Positions 40,251 through 48,934 of a DNA stretch of 64,000 bases are shown piece after piece. This DNA is from a bacterium (GTDB lineage: Bacteria; Electryoneota; Electryoneia; Electryoneales; Electryoneaceae), in NCBI GenBank assembly GCA_963669175.1, contig OY769902.1, positions 3,264,001 through 3,328,000 on the forward strand, written 5' to 3'. Under the pieces are notes generated by a model. It had not been told where the DNA came from. It ran no database searches and saw only the letters and a program-made list of their open reading frames with translations. Position 1 is the stretch's first letter, and each line of letters begins with the position of its first letter. Both the position numbers and the translations under genes were made by a program.

Positions 40251-41327
40251 GTGAGAACGAAGGCATTTCTCCAGTTTTTTACAGGAATAGTATTACTGTT
40301 CACGTTGATGATTGTGACAGGTTGTCCGCCTGCGCCACTACCCTCTGAAGAACCGGACACGACTGCTGTGGAAGCTCCGGAAGAACCGGAGAAGGTTGTT
40401 TGCCTGACGCCAACTGTTGACAGTGAGAACCTGCGTGCCACTCCCAACGGTAAAAAGGTTGGCGAGGTTGCTCGTGGCGATACGCTTGTCCTGGTTCAGC
40501 GTCGGGGTAACTGGTGTGAAGTGAATCACCTTGTGCTGGGCGACTGTTTTATCTGGGCTCAATCCGTAGGCTTTAATCGAATCAATGAATGCGACCTGAA
40601 CTGGTTGCTGAATGGGAATAAAGGCTATGCTTCATTGGACAGCATCGTTGCTGTTTTTGGCGAACCAAGCAAACTGACTGTCGAGGGCGGAGTGTTGGTT
40701 CATGCTTCCTACTTTGCGGTAAATAAGGATAAAAGCTTGCTGCTTGGGACTACCAGGTTTAAGGAGATTATCCTTGTAGCAGACCTCGAAACACGCGCTA
40801 TTCTTGAAGTAACCATCACTCTTTCGCCTTTTGAGGGTGATCTTGACCAAATGCTGGCGTTTCTGGGGCTTCCCAAAACGAAATCGACCGGTTCAGATTT
40901 TGAGCGAGTGCGTTTCAAGAGCAGGTTTAAGGGAATAGCTTTGATGGAGTTATTGCGCTACCAGGGTGACTTTACGAAATATGGCGCGGTGCAGGCATGG
41001 AAATATCCTCAGCGACGTTGGGCTACAAATGTTGAAATTACAACCAAGGATGTTGATTATAATGCGCCTGGGATAGTGGTTACCGTGGGCATGCGAAACA
41101 ATAGTAATTCCCTGGCTTTTGCCGGACCGTTCATCGAGCTGGGAGTGTATGAGGATACTCGCGTCATCGGGAACTACACCCTGGGGCCGGGAAACTTGCG
41201 CCTGGATCCACATGAGACCAGTTCCGCCATGTTTCCTGTCTTTGATCTCGGGCAGGAAATTGATCCGCACAAGTTGAACCTTACTGCAAAACTGGTAGAT
41301 ATGAGCGAAGTTCCAGTGTCAGAGTAA
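40251..41327 (+). CDS. Lipoprotein with bacterial SH3-like domain
   Basis: Lipobox VTG-C; 'NLRATPNG...GNWCEV' SH3b pattern. Confidence 0.7.
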   Translation: MRTKAFLQFFTGIVLLFTLMIVTGCPPAPLPSEEPDTTAVEAPEEPEKVVCLTPTVDSENLRATPNGKKVGEVARGDTLVLVQRRGNWCEVNHLVLGDCFIWAQSVGFNRINECDLNWLLNGNKGYASLDSIVAVFGEPSKLTVEGGVLVHASYFAVNKDKSLLLGTTRFKEIILVADLETRAILEVTITLSPFEGDLDQMLAFLGLPKTKSTGSDFERVRFKSRFKGIALMELLRYQGDFTKYGAVQAWKYPQRRWATNVEITTKDVDYNAPGIVVTVGMRNNSNSLAFAGPFIELGVYEDTRVIGNYTLGPGNLRLDPHETSSAMFPVFDLGQEIDPHKLNLTAKLVDMSEVPVSE

Positions 41328-41345
41328 GAAAAGAGAGAGTCTTCC

Positions 41346-41858
41346 ATGAAGTTTGCCATCCTATCTGACAGTCATGATCACCTGCGGAATCTTCGCTGGG
41401 CTATTGCTGAAGCGAAAGAGCAGCAGGTGGATGTGATTATTCATGCGGGGGATTTTGTTGCTCCATTTACGATTGACGTTTTAAAAGAAGCCGGTGTGCC
41501 GGTGTTTGGTGTGTTCGGCAACTGCGACGGTGAACACACGGGACTTAAAAAGAGGTTTGAAGAGCTTCCGGTGGGAAGCGAGATTCATACTGAGCCGCAT
41601 ATTCTTGAGCTGGATGGATTCCGGATCGCATTGATGCACCGTCCCAACTGGGTGAAAGCGTTTTCCCAGTCTGAAGTGGACATGGTCATCTTCGGACATC
41701 TGCATGAGCTGCATATTCAGAACAAGCCGCCCTGGATTATCAATCCCGGCGAGGTATTTGGACAACGATCCGAAATCGGTCCGACCATTGTCATATTCGA
41801 CACAGAAGTCGGTGAACCGGAAGTACGACGATTGAAAGAGCTGTATGACCATGACTGA
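41346..41858 (+). CDS. YfcE/MJ0936-type phosphodiesterase
   Basis: SDSHD, HAGD, GNCD, GHLH, NPG motifs. Confidence 0.9.
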   Translation: MKFAILSDSHDHLRNLRWAIAEAKEQQVDVIIHAGDFVAPFTIDVLKEAGVPVFGVFGNCDGEHTGLKKRFEELPVGSEIHTEPHILELDGFRIALMHRPNWVKAFSQSEVDMVIFGHLHELHIQNKPPWIINPGEVFGQRSEIGPTIVIFDTEVGEPEVRRLKELYDHD

Positions 41859-42567
41859 GAACCTGCACGACAGCCTGCCGCAGAAACTGATCATATTTGA
41901 TGTTGATGGTACGTTGATGATGAACGGTACCGTGGTCAAGGAGGCGTTTCAACAGGCGTTTCTGGATGTGACCGGAAAAGAACCCTTGCGAGAAGGTGTT
42001 GTTTTTGCAGGTATGACGGATAAAGGAATCTTTCGTCAACTTATGGAAGCCGCGCATGTTTCAAGTGACATGAATGGAACGTACGAACGGTTCGTGAAGC
42101 GATTTATTGAGCTGATGGAGCAGAATTATCACTTGGTGGATTCGCAGTATTTATTGCCGGGAGTTCGTGAATTGCTGGAGGAATTGGATCACAGGGACAA
42201 TGTGATTGTCGCGCTGGGTACGGGGAATGTACGGGCAACATGTTATATCAAACTTCAATACTTCAAGATAGACCAATACTTCACCATTGGTGGTTTCGGC
42301 GGCGATTACGAATACAGACCGGACCTGGTACGGGCGGCGATTGAAGAAGCACGCGCTATTTACGGTTGGGATGGGAATATTGCTGATGATGTATGGGTGG
42401 TAGGGGATACGCCCAATGATGTTATTGCCGGGAAAGAAAATGGAACAAGAGTGTTGGCTGTGGCGAGTGGAATCATTCCCAAAGAACAGCTTATCAATAC
42501 GGATGCGGATGTGCTTCTGGATGATTTAAGCAATACCGCGAAGGTATTGGAAGTTTTTGGCGTGTAA
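41845..42567 (+). CDS. HAD-superfamily phosphatase
   Basis: FDVDGTL, TGN, VGDTPND motifs. Confidence 0.88.
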   Translation: MTMTENLHDSLPQKLIIFDVDGTLMMNGTVVKEAFQQAFLDVTGKEPLREGVVFAGMTDKGIFRQLMEAAHVSSDMNGTYERFVKRFIELMEQNYHLVDSQYLLPGVRELLEELDHRDNVIVALGTGNVRATCYIKLQYFKIDQYFTIGGFGGDYEYRPDLVRAAIEEARAIYGWDGNIADDVWVVGDTPNDVIAGKENGTRVLAVASGIIPKEQLINTDADVLLDDLSNTAKVLEVFGV

Positions 42568-42612
42568 TTTTCTGATGTGTTAATCTCAACGGATATTGCC
42601 TACATTATCCTC

Positions 42613-43614
42613 ATGAAGATTCGAGAACTCCCTGTAGACATAAATGGTGAGATTGAAAACCGCCTCGAGCTTGAGATCGAGGATGGGTATGCTGCGGGTG
42701 AACGTCTCGATGTCCTGATCGCGCACCGTCTCCCGAAAATCAGTCGTAGCAGGGTAAAGAAGCTGATTGATGAAGGGCGAATCCTGCTGAACAAAGGCAA
42801 GCCCAAAGCCTCAACGATTGTGCAGGGGGGAGCGTTTATCGAGATCACCTTTCCCCACCCGCCACGCCCCCCGGCAACGGCGGAAGAGATTCCGCTCGAT
42901 GTTCGATACGAAGATGATCACCTGCTGTTCGTCAACAAACCGGCCGGGATGGTGGTTCATCCGGCTGCTGGACATCACAGCGGCACACTGGTAAACGCTT
43001 TACTGCATCGGTTTGACAATCTTCCCCAGACTGCCAGCCATCGGCCGGGAATCGTGCATCGTCTTGACAAGGATACATCCGGGATTATGGTTGTCGCAAA
43101 AAGCGAATACATTATGACCAGCCTCGGACGATTATTCCATGAACACGACATTGATAGAGAATATGATTCGCTTGTCTGGGGTGATCTACCCGAAACCGGG
43201 ACAATAGATGCGCCTTTGGCGCGTCATCCCGGCAACAGGAAAAAATTCGCAGTGGTCAAAGGGGGACGTCGTGCAGTCAGCCACTGGCGGGTGCGCGAGC
43301 GTTTCGGCTTTGCCACACTCATTACTGTGACCCTGGAAACAGGGCGGACACACCAGATACGTGTTCATTTCTCCAGTCAAGGCTGGCCTGTCTTCTCCGA
43401 TGCGACTTATGGTGGACGCATGCATGCGTTAAGCCGGCTCACATCATCACAGCGAGATGCGGCACGTATGGCCATGAAGCAACTGGACAGACAGGCGCTA
43501 CATGCTCGCCTGCTGGGCTTCATTCACCCGGTTACAAAACAACAAATCCAGGTTGAAGCGCCGCTACCAGAGGATTTTAACCAGGCTCTTGAGCTGATCC
43601 GCGAAGCAAAATAG
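42613..43614 (+). CDS. rluD: RluA-family 23S rRNA pseudouridine synthase (RluD-like)
   Basis: S4 domain, NKPAGMVVHP, HRLDKDTSG, TGRTHQIRVH, QALHA. Confidence 0.9.
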   Translation: MKIRELPVDINGEIENRLELEIEDGYAAGERLDVLIAHRLPKISRSRVKKLIDEGRILLNKGKPKASTIVQGGAFIEITFPHPPRPPATAEEIPLDVRYEDDHLLFVNKPAGMVVHPAAGHHSGTLVNALLHRFDNLPQTASHRPGIVHRLDKDTSGIMVVAKSEYIMTSLGRLFHEHDIDREYDSLVWGDLPETGTIDAPLARHPGNRKKFAVVKGGRRAVSHWRVRERFGFATLITVTLETGRTHQIRVHFSSQGWPVFSDATYGGRMHALSRLTSSQRDAARMAMKQLDRQALHARLLGFIHPVTKQQIQVEAPLPEDFNQALELIREAK

Positions 43615-43718
43615 TTTTCCGTATGAATTTCGACCTCTTGAAAGTATCCTGACGAAACATTTATTTTTACACCTTTCCAATTCAGGTATAGAGTCATTAC
43701 CAGCAAGTGGGGACTTTC

Positions 43719-44519
43719 ATGCAAGCAGAAACACGGACTGTTCGTGCAGGTGATATAGATATCTCTTACATGGTCAAAGGGGAAGGGGAGCCTCTTCTGA
43801 TGATCATGGGGTATGCCAGCACAAACGAGATGTGGGATCCACGGGTTATTGATGCTTTAGCGCAGGATTTCCAGGTTATCCTTCCGAATAATCGTGGTGT
43901 CGATAAATCAACGGCCGGTGAGAAGGATTTTTCACTACGCTTGTTTGCTGAGGATTGTGCTAACCTGCTGGAAGCGCTGCATATTGAAAAAGCACATGTT
44001 CTTGGATGGTCCATGGGAAGTTATATCGCCCAGGAGCTGACGCTGAATCACCCGGAAAAAGTAGACTGTCTGGTTCTTTATGCTGCCGCATGTGATACGT
44101 CAATGTTTCCCATGTCTGAAGAAACACTGGCACGTCTGATGAATATGTCCGGCACGGAACAGGATCGATGGGGAAGGTTTTTGAAATGCCTTTTCACCGA
44201 AGATTACCTGTCTGAACATTGGGGTGATGTAATAGCCGGTTTTCAGCGCCCGATTGGGGAGGTAAACCCTGTTGTTCTGGCCAGACAGACAAAGGCGATA
44301 GAGGAGTGGGATGGTGTCTGTACGAAGCTGCCGGAAGTGACACAGAAAACACTGCTGCTTTGCGGTTCGGAAGATGTCATGGTTCCGCCGGATAATTCTC
44401 GATACCTGGCGCAACAGATTCCACATGCCATTCTTGAGATCGTACCCGGCGCAGGGCATGGACTCATGTATCAGGAGCCGGAAGTATTTGTTGACATAGT
44501 TAAAGAGTTTTTGAAGTAA
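43719..44519 (+). CDS. Alpha/beta hydrolase
   Basis: GWSMG nucleophile elbow, GSED, AGH. Confidence 0.9.
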   Translation: MQAETRTVRAGDIDISYMVKGEGEPLLMIMGYASTNEMWDPRVIDALAQDFQVILPNNRGVDKSTAGEKDFSLRLFAEDCANLLEALHIEKAHVLGWSMGSYIAQELTLNHPEKVDCLVLYAAACDTSMFPMSEETLARLMNMSGTEQDRWGRFLKCLFTEDYLSEHWGDVIAGFQRPIGEVNPVVLARQTKAIEEWDGVCTKLPEVTQKTLLLCGSEDVMVPPDNSRYLAQQIPHAILEIVPGAGHGLMYQEPEVFVDIVKEFLK

Positions 44520-44556
44520 AGCAAGGAAGCACACAGGCCAGGCAAACGTGTCATAT

Positions 44557-44625
44557 TAGGACAGCAAAACTTCGAGATCCCCGGTCAAGCTCGGGGATGA
44601 CATGATGCGACATTTTTTTCGAGTA
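44557..44625 (+). repeat. Dispersed palindromic repeat, copy 2
   Basis: Core ATCCCCGGTCAAGCTCGGGGAT-GACA; homologous to 31552-31638. Confidence 0.8.
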
Positions 44626-44674
44626 TCGCTATATGCGACATTCTTGCGAAAGGATGTCGCTTTTCTCGCGATAG

Positions 44675-44749
44675 AAAAAGCAACACCCCGAGCCCTGCCT
44701 TGCCCGGGGTGTTTGGCAAGCTTGTTCGGAAGGGATTACGCGAACAAGC
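44675..44749 (-). terminator. 3' UTR hairpin plus terminator of secreted paralogue A
   Basis: GCTTGTTCG/CGAACAAGC and AACACCCCG/CGGGGTGTT stems; conserved at 48845-48918. Confidence 0.7.
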
Positions 44750-44766
44750 AACTTGTGAATTTCATC

Positions 44767-47712
44767 CTAGCGAATCAGCGATACCTTGCGTACAGAATTC
44801 ATCTTGCCGGGTACGTGTGCCTGGATGAAGTAAATACCGCTGGATAGATCTGTTGCGTCGAAGGTGAAGGTGTGATAACCCTGCGCAAAACGGCCCTTCG
44901 CGAGGACAGAAACCTGTTTGCCGAGGATGTTGAACACGCGGACATCAAGATTCGCCGCATCAGGGAGACCGATGACGGCTGTCATGGTCGGGTTAAACGG
45001 ATTCGGGTACGCACGTGCAATGCTGTACTCGGTCGGAATCTGCGCGAAGAAGTTGTCGGTTACGCTGATGCCATCCCAGTTCACGGTTGCTGTATCTGAG
45101 TTCGCTGACATGCCTTCATCATAGGAGGCAACGACCCAGTACTCGTAATCGCCGCTTGGTTCGCCTTCAAGCGTATCAATAAAACCGATCGTGTCAACTT
45201 CAATCAACGCATTCCCGTCACGGAAAACGATGAACTCGATGAATTCATCCATGTCCTCGCCATACACCCAGTCCAGCGTAACATAAGGACTGCCGTTTTC
45301 ACGAGTGGCAGTCATACCACGAGGCGCTTCCAGGTAAGGAGCGTTGAAGTCTTCAGCAAGGGACGGAACGATCTGGACAGCATTCTGGAAGAGTCCAATC
45401 GGACCACGGACGACAATCCAATCACCCTGGCTGAATTCACTCAGGTCGAGAGCGGCCGCTTCATTGATGTAGACGTTTACGGCGCCGGACCCGTCGTCCA
45501 CCGCAACCGTATAGCTGCCGGTTTCAGGATCTGACTGTAACGCACCCATGATTTCAGCCCAGGAACCTTCGAGGGCTTGCTGGTTTGCCATGTCGCCAGT
45601 AGTAGCAGCGTATGGTGTGGGCATGTCGTTGCCTGTTGAGAGTACTTCGTAGGTAAAATCAACAAGCTCAGTGACGCCGTAGTACTCGGAGATTTGACCA
45701 GATACCTGGATTTCATCACCACGGTTCAGGTTGTCAGCCGGATCAATCGCATCCGAATCATACAGCATGACACCATAACCTGTGGCATCCTGGATGTAAC
45801 AGTCAAAACGATCTGTATGGATGGAATTGGTTGGTAGAGTGACAATACCTGTGGTTGTGACCCAGGAGCCTTCTTCAACTGTGGTCTGAATGTCTTCGAT
45901 GGAGGCGACCGGAACCGGATCGAGTTCAACATCAAGGGAGTTGTCACCCAGTTCGACAGCTACCCAGAGAACTGTGTTTTCATAGTATCCCAGGGCGGAT
46001 ACTTTCAGGTCATAAAGACCAGGCGTGATGTCATCAAATGAATAGGCGCCATCATCACCGCTTGTTGTTGAATAAACAGGCTCATCTTCTTCTTCTGCAA
46101 GGTAAAGGTCAAGCGTGGCGCCAGCTACAGCATTCTCACCGGAACTAACAGCACCGGACAGGCTGGCGACAGGTTCGATTGCGCCACCAACAGTTACCGC
46201 ATCAACAAACATGCCTGGGTAATCGTTGCTGGAGTCACCATCTAGCAACCAGTAAAACTCAACTTCGTCGCCATCGTTCACGCCCTCGAGCGTATACGAG
46301 TATTCTGTCCATGTGTTTCCGTTGGTAGTGCCGTTGTATTCTGCCAATTCAATCCAGTCACCACCATTTACACGATAGTACAGATAGCCATAATCCCAGG
46401 AAGCCTCAAGCTGGAACCACATGTAAAATGTTATCGCAGCATTGGCGCCTGTTTCTATCATATAGGCTGGTGAATACAGTACATCATATGCATTGGCATA
46501 TGCATAGTTCGCCTCGAGACCGGTGGCCCAGCAATAGTCTCCATCATAGGCTGAGCCCGGGCCATTCGTTGGCGTACCCCACTCCCAGGGCGGTACGGTT
46601 GTTGATGCATCAACATAGCAACCATCATTGTCTTCAAAGCTGGTGTATGGGAAGACAGCTAAGGGGGCAATAGGCCGTAATGCAACATCTAACGCATCAT
46701 TGTCACCAGTTACAAGCGTAACTGTTTCGTTGTATGAAGCGTAGTCTTCATGGGTGAATGTTATGTTTTTTTCGCCAGGGTATAGCATTAGTTCATAATC
46801 GCCTTCTGCATCAGTGGTTGTGGTGAACCCATTGCTAGAAACAATAACACCTTCGAGTGGGATATCTGTTCTGGATTCTGTCACTGTTCCGCTAATAGCA
46901 GCATCTGCAGGAACTTGGTAAAACTCAATTGCCAGTTCATTGTGTGGGTAGCTCGCGATAGAGTCTTCGTTTTGTACTGTCAGACCTATTTCGCCAGCGG
47001 CATTCTGGATGCCAATTGTGCAACTTGTAATGTCAATGCCATTGTCAAGACTATTATACTGAAGTTTAATAGAACCGTCACTAAACATGATTACCTGGGC
47101 TGTCAAATAGCCGGGATCAGAGTGCTCCCGGAAATCAATCATGCTAATGACCAGCGCATCCATATCGTTAACAGTCGTGGTTTGATAATAAGCTGACCCA
47201 CCAAGCGTGATATTCAGATCATCCCAGAACCATGCAATTAATGCTGCATGATCAGTGGTGGGCAAAGCTTGGTTGGTAAGGGTGATATACGCATCAGTAA
47301 AACTGATTGTGCCATTGGACTGAAAGTAAAACTGGGTATAGGTGTCACCGTAAAAAATAAAATCGAAACCTATCTCGAAAGGTCCAATATGGTTATCATC
47401 CTGGATTCCAGTGAATGCTGTTCCAGTTTCTGAGATGTCAATCCAGTCATATGTTGGACCTTCATCTTCATCACTGTCAAAATAAACGTAACCCATATCG
47501 TCCGGTCCACCCGTTTCATCCAATTCATTAATGCCAGAATTCCTGTATTCTTCACAGAATTGTTCAACGAGTTGTTTCTGGTAGTCGGACAACTGTTGCC
47601 CTTCATAGGCAGCTTGATACGCGGCTTTCATCTCATCATAAGAAGCACTGAACGCCAGCGGCGCCAAAATGAAAACAGCTATCAAGGCGATAAACGCTAC
47701 TCTTTTAGACAT
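44767..47712 (-). CDS. Large acidic multidomain secreted protein with T9SS CTD (paralogue A)
   Basis: Signal peptide, GGPD domain, carboxypeptidase-regulatory-like sandwiches, jelly-roll (WEWGTP...WDYGY), two OB-fold-like repeats, FN3-like domain, YPNPFNP CTD. Confidence 0.88.
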   Translation of the reverse strand: MSKRVAFIALIAVFILAPLAFSASYDEMKAAYQAAYEGQQLSDYQKQLVEQFCEEYRNSGINELDETGGPDDMGYVYFDSDEDEGPTYDWIDISETGTAFTGIQDDNHIGPFEIGFDFIFYGDTYTQFYFQSNGTISFTDAYITLTNQALPTTDHAALIAWFWDDLNITLGGSAYYQTTTVNDMDALVISMIDFREHSDPGYLTAQVIMFSDGSIKLQYNSLDNGIDITSCTIGIQNAAGEIGLTVQNEDSIASYPHNELAIEFYQVPADAAISGTVTESRTDIPLEGVIVSSNGFTTTTDAEGDYELMLYPGEKNITFTHEDYASYNETVTLVTGDNDALDVALRPIAPLAVFPYTSFEDNDGCYVDASTTVPPWEWGTPTNGPGSAYDGDYCWATGLEANYAYANAYDVLYSPAYMIETGANAAITFYMWFQLEASWDYGYLYYRVNGGDWIELAEYNGTTNGNTWTEYSYTLEGVNDGDEVEFYWLLDGDSSNDYPGMFVDAVTVGGAIEPVASLSGAVSSGENAVAGATLDLYLAEEEDEPVYSTTSGDDGAYSFDDITPGLYDLKVSALGYYENTVLWVAVELGDNSLDVELDPVPVASIEDIQTTVEEGSWVTTTGIVTLPTNSIHTDRFDCYIQDATGYGVMLYDSDAIDPADNLNRGDEIQVSGQISEYYGVTELVDFTYEVLSTGNDMPTPYAATTGDMANQQALEGSWAEIMGALQSDPETGSYTVAVDDGSGAVNVYINEAAALDLSEFSQGDWIVVRGPIGLFQNAVQIVPSLAEDFNAPYLEAPRGMTATRENGSPYVTLDWVYGEDMDEFIEFIVFRDGNALIEVDTIGFIDTLEGEPSGDYEYWVVASYDEGMSANSDTATVNWDGISVTDNFFAQIPTEYSIARAYPNPFNPTMTAVIGLPDAANLDVRVFNILGKQVSVLAKGRFAQGYHTFTFDATDLSSGIYFIQAHVPGKMNSVRKVSLIR

Positions 47713-47981
47713 GTGCTGCTCCTATCGTATTCTACAACTGATCTCCGCACACAGGGATGTGTATGCGTCACCTTCTAAACGTTTCTCTCGTGCAACTTCC
47801 CTCGAAGTACTACGTAGCGCCAAAAACCTCCTTTTGTTGGTTCATGTTGCAGTGGTACGACCAAAATCCGAAGCCATTCGGATGTATAGGTATATCAACT
47901 TTTTAGCAAAGATGAGAACAGGATCAAGAGATGAAAATATCTAGAATACTTTCTCTTTCAATCTTCACTTGGTTGTTACTG

Positions 47982-48581
47982 TCAGGCTTTGATCAATCGC
48001 CAAAGATCATCCGCCATTTGACTGGAAATGCTGTTGACATCGATTCCAGGATTGAAAGCCCAGAGGTTCTGAAGTCCGCGATGCATCGTGAACCAAAGGA
48101 CAGCGGTATGATCGCTGGCAAGGTCTCCACGTACATATCCCAACTTCTTTCCGGATTCCAGCGCTTTCTGGAAATCCTGGATAATCATGTCGTGACTTTG
48201 GGAGATCTGTTCTCGTAAATGGTTGTTATCCCTTGCGACTTCGAAAAGAAATCGTAACACTGCAGAGAGGTCGGGGGCAGGATCGTCCGCAGTGTTTGTA
48301 GCCCAGATCGTTTGATCCGTCTGTAGAAGTTGAAAAACAGCCTTTAGTTGGTCTAATGTTGAATGTTGGTTTTCGATGGAAGACTTTACCCGCAGGTAAA
48401 ATTCCCGCGTGTATATGTCTACCACGGCTCCAGCGAGGGTCTGCTTGCTGTTGAAGTGGTGATACAACCCGCCTTTCGAAACTTCCGCTCTGCTGGCTAT
48501 ATCACTGACCGAAACAGAATCGTAACCGTGTTTCAGGAACAGCCAGACCGCTGCCTGGATAATACAAGTTTTGGTATCCAT
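47982..48581 (-). CDS. TetR/AcrR regulator (paralogue A)
   Basis: HTH 'VSVSDIASRAEVSKGGLYHHF'. Confidence 0.92.
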   Translation of the reverse strand: MDTKTCIIQAAVWLFLKHGYDSVSVSDIASRAEVSKGGLYHHFNSKQTLAGAVVDIYTREFYLRVKSSIENQHSTLDQLKAVFQLLQTDQTIWATNTADDPAPDLSAVLRFLFEVARDNNHLREQISQSHDMIIQDFQKALESGKKLGYVRGDLASDHTAVLWFTMHRGLQNLWAFNPGIDVNSISSQMADDLWRLIKA

Positions 48582-48844
48582 CCACGTGTCCCGTACAAGA
48601 ATAACTCATTTTCGCGATGTGATGCTTATAAAATACAGACAGGCTCGAAACAGAAGTCAAGAGTAATGAAACAAAAAATGCAAAATATTCTAAAGAGGAG
48701 AGACATGGGGCAATTATGGCTAAGCTTATAATGGTAGTAACACTCAGAGTTCATTGAAAATATTGAAACGCTGTTTATAGGAGGCAGGGCAACATCCAGG
48801 ATGTTGTGGATGATGGATGGTATTGGGGAATCCAAAGAAGACAT

Positions 48845-48918
48845 AAAAACACCCCGGATCCCTGCCTGGACCCGGGGTGTTCAGCAAACTTGTTCGGAAG
48901 GGATTACTTCGAACAAGC
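48845..48918 (-). terminator. 3' UTR hairpin plus terminator of secreted paralogue B
   Basis: Same two stems as 44675-44749; U-tract on the minus strand. Confidence 0.7.
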
Positions 48919-48934
48919 AAACTGGAATTTCATC

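Noticed and set aside
47750-47762. CsrA-consensus site ACAGGGATGT in a hairpin (also 52010-52022)
   Set aside because: It lies antisense to the gene, and the U-G pair favours the mRNA-strand fold; no evidence for a plus-strand transcript.
47722-47823. Leader peptide MALRSTSREV... after AGGAGG upstream of paralogue A
   Set aside because: The equivalent frame in cassette B is shifted and stops after 15 codons, so conservation is at nucleotide level.
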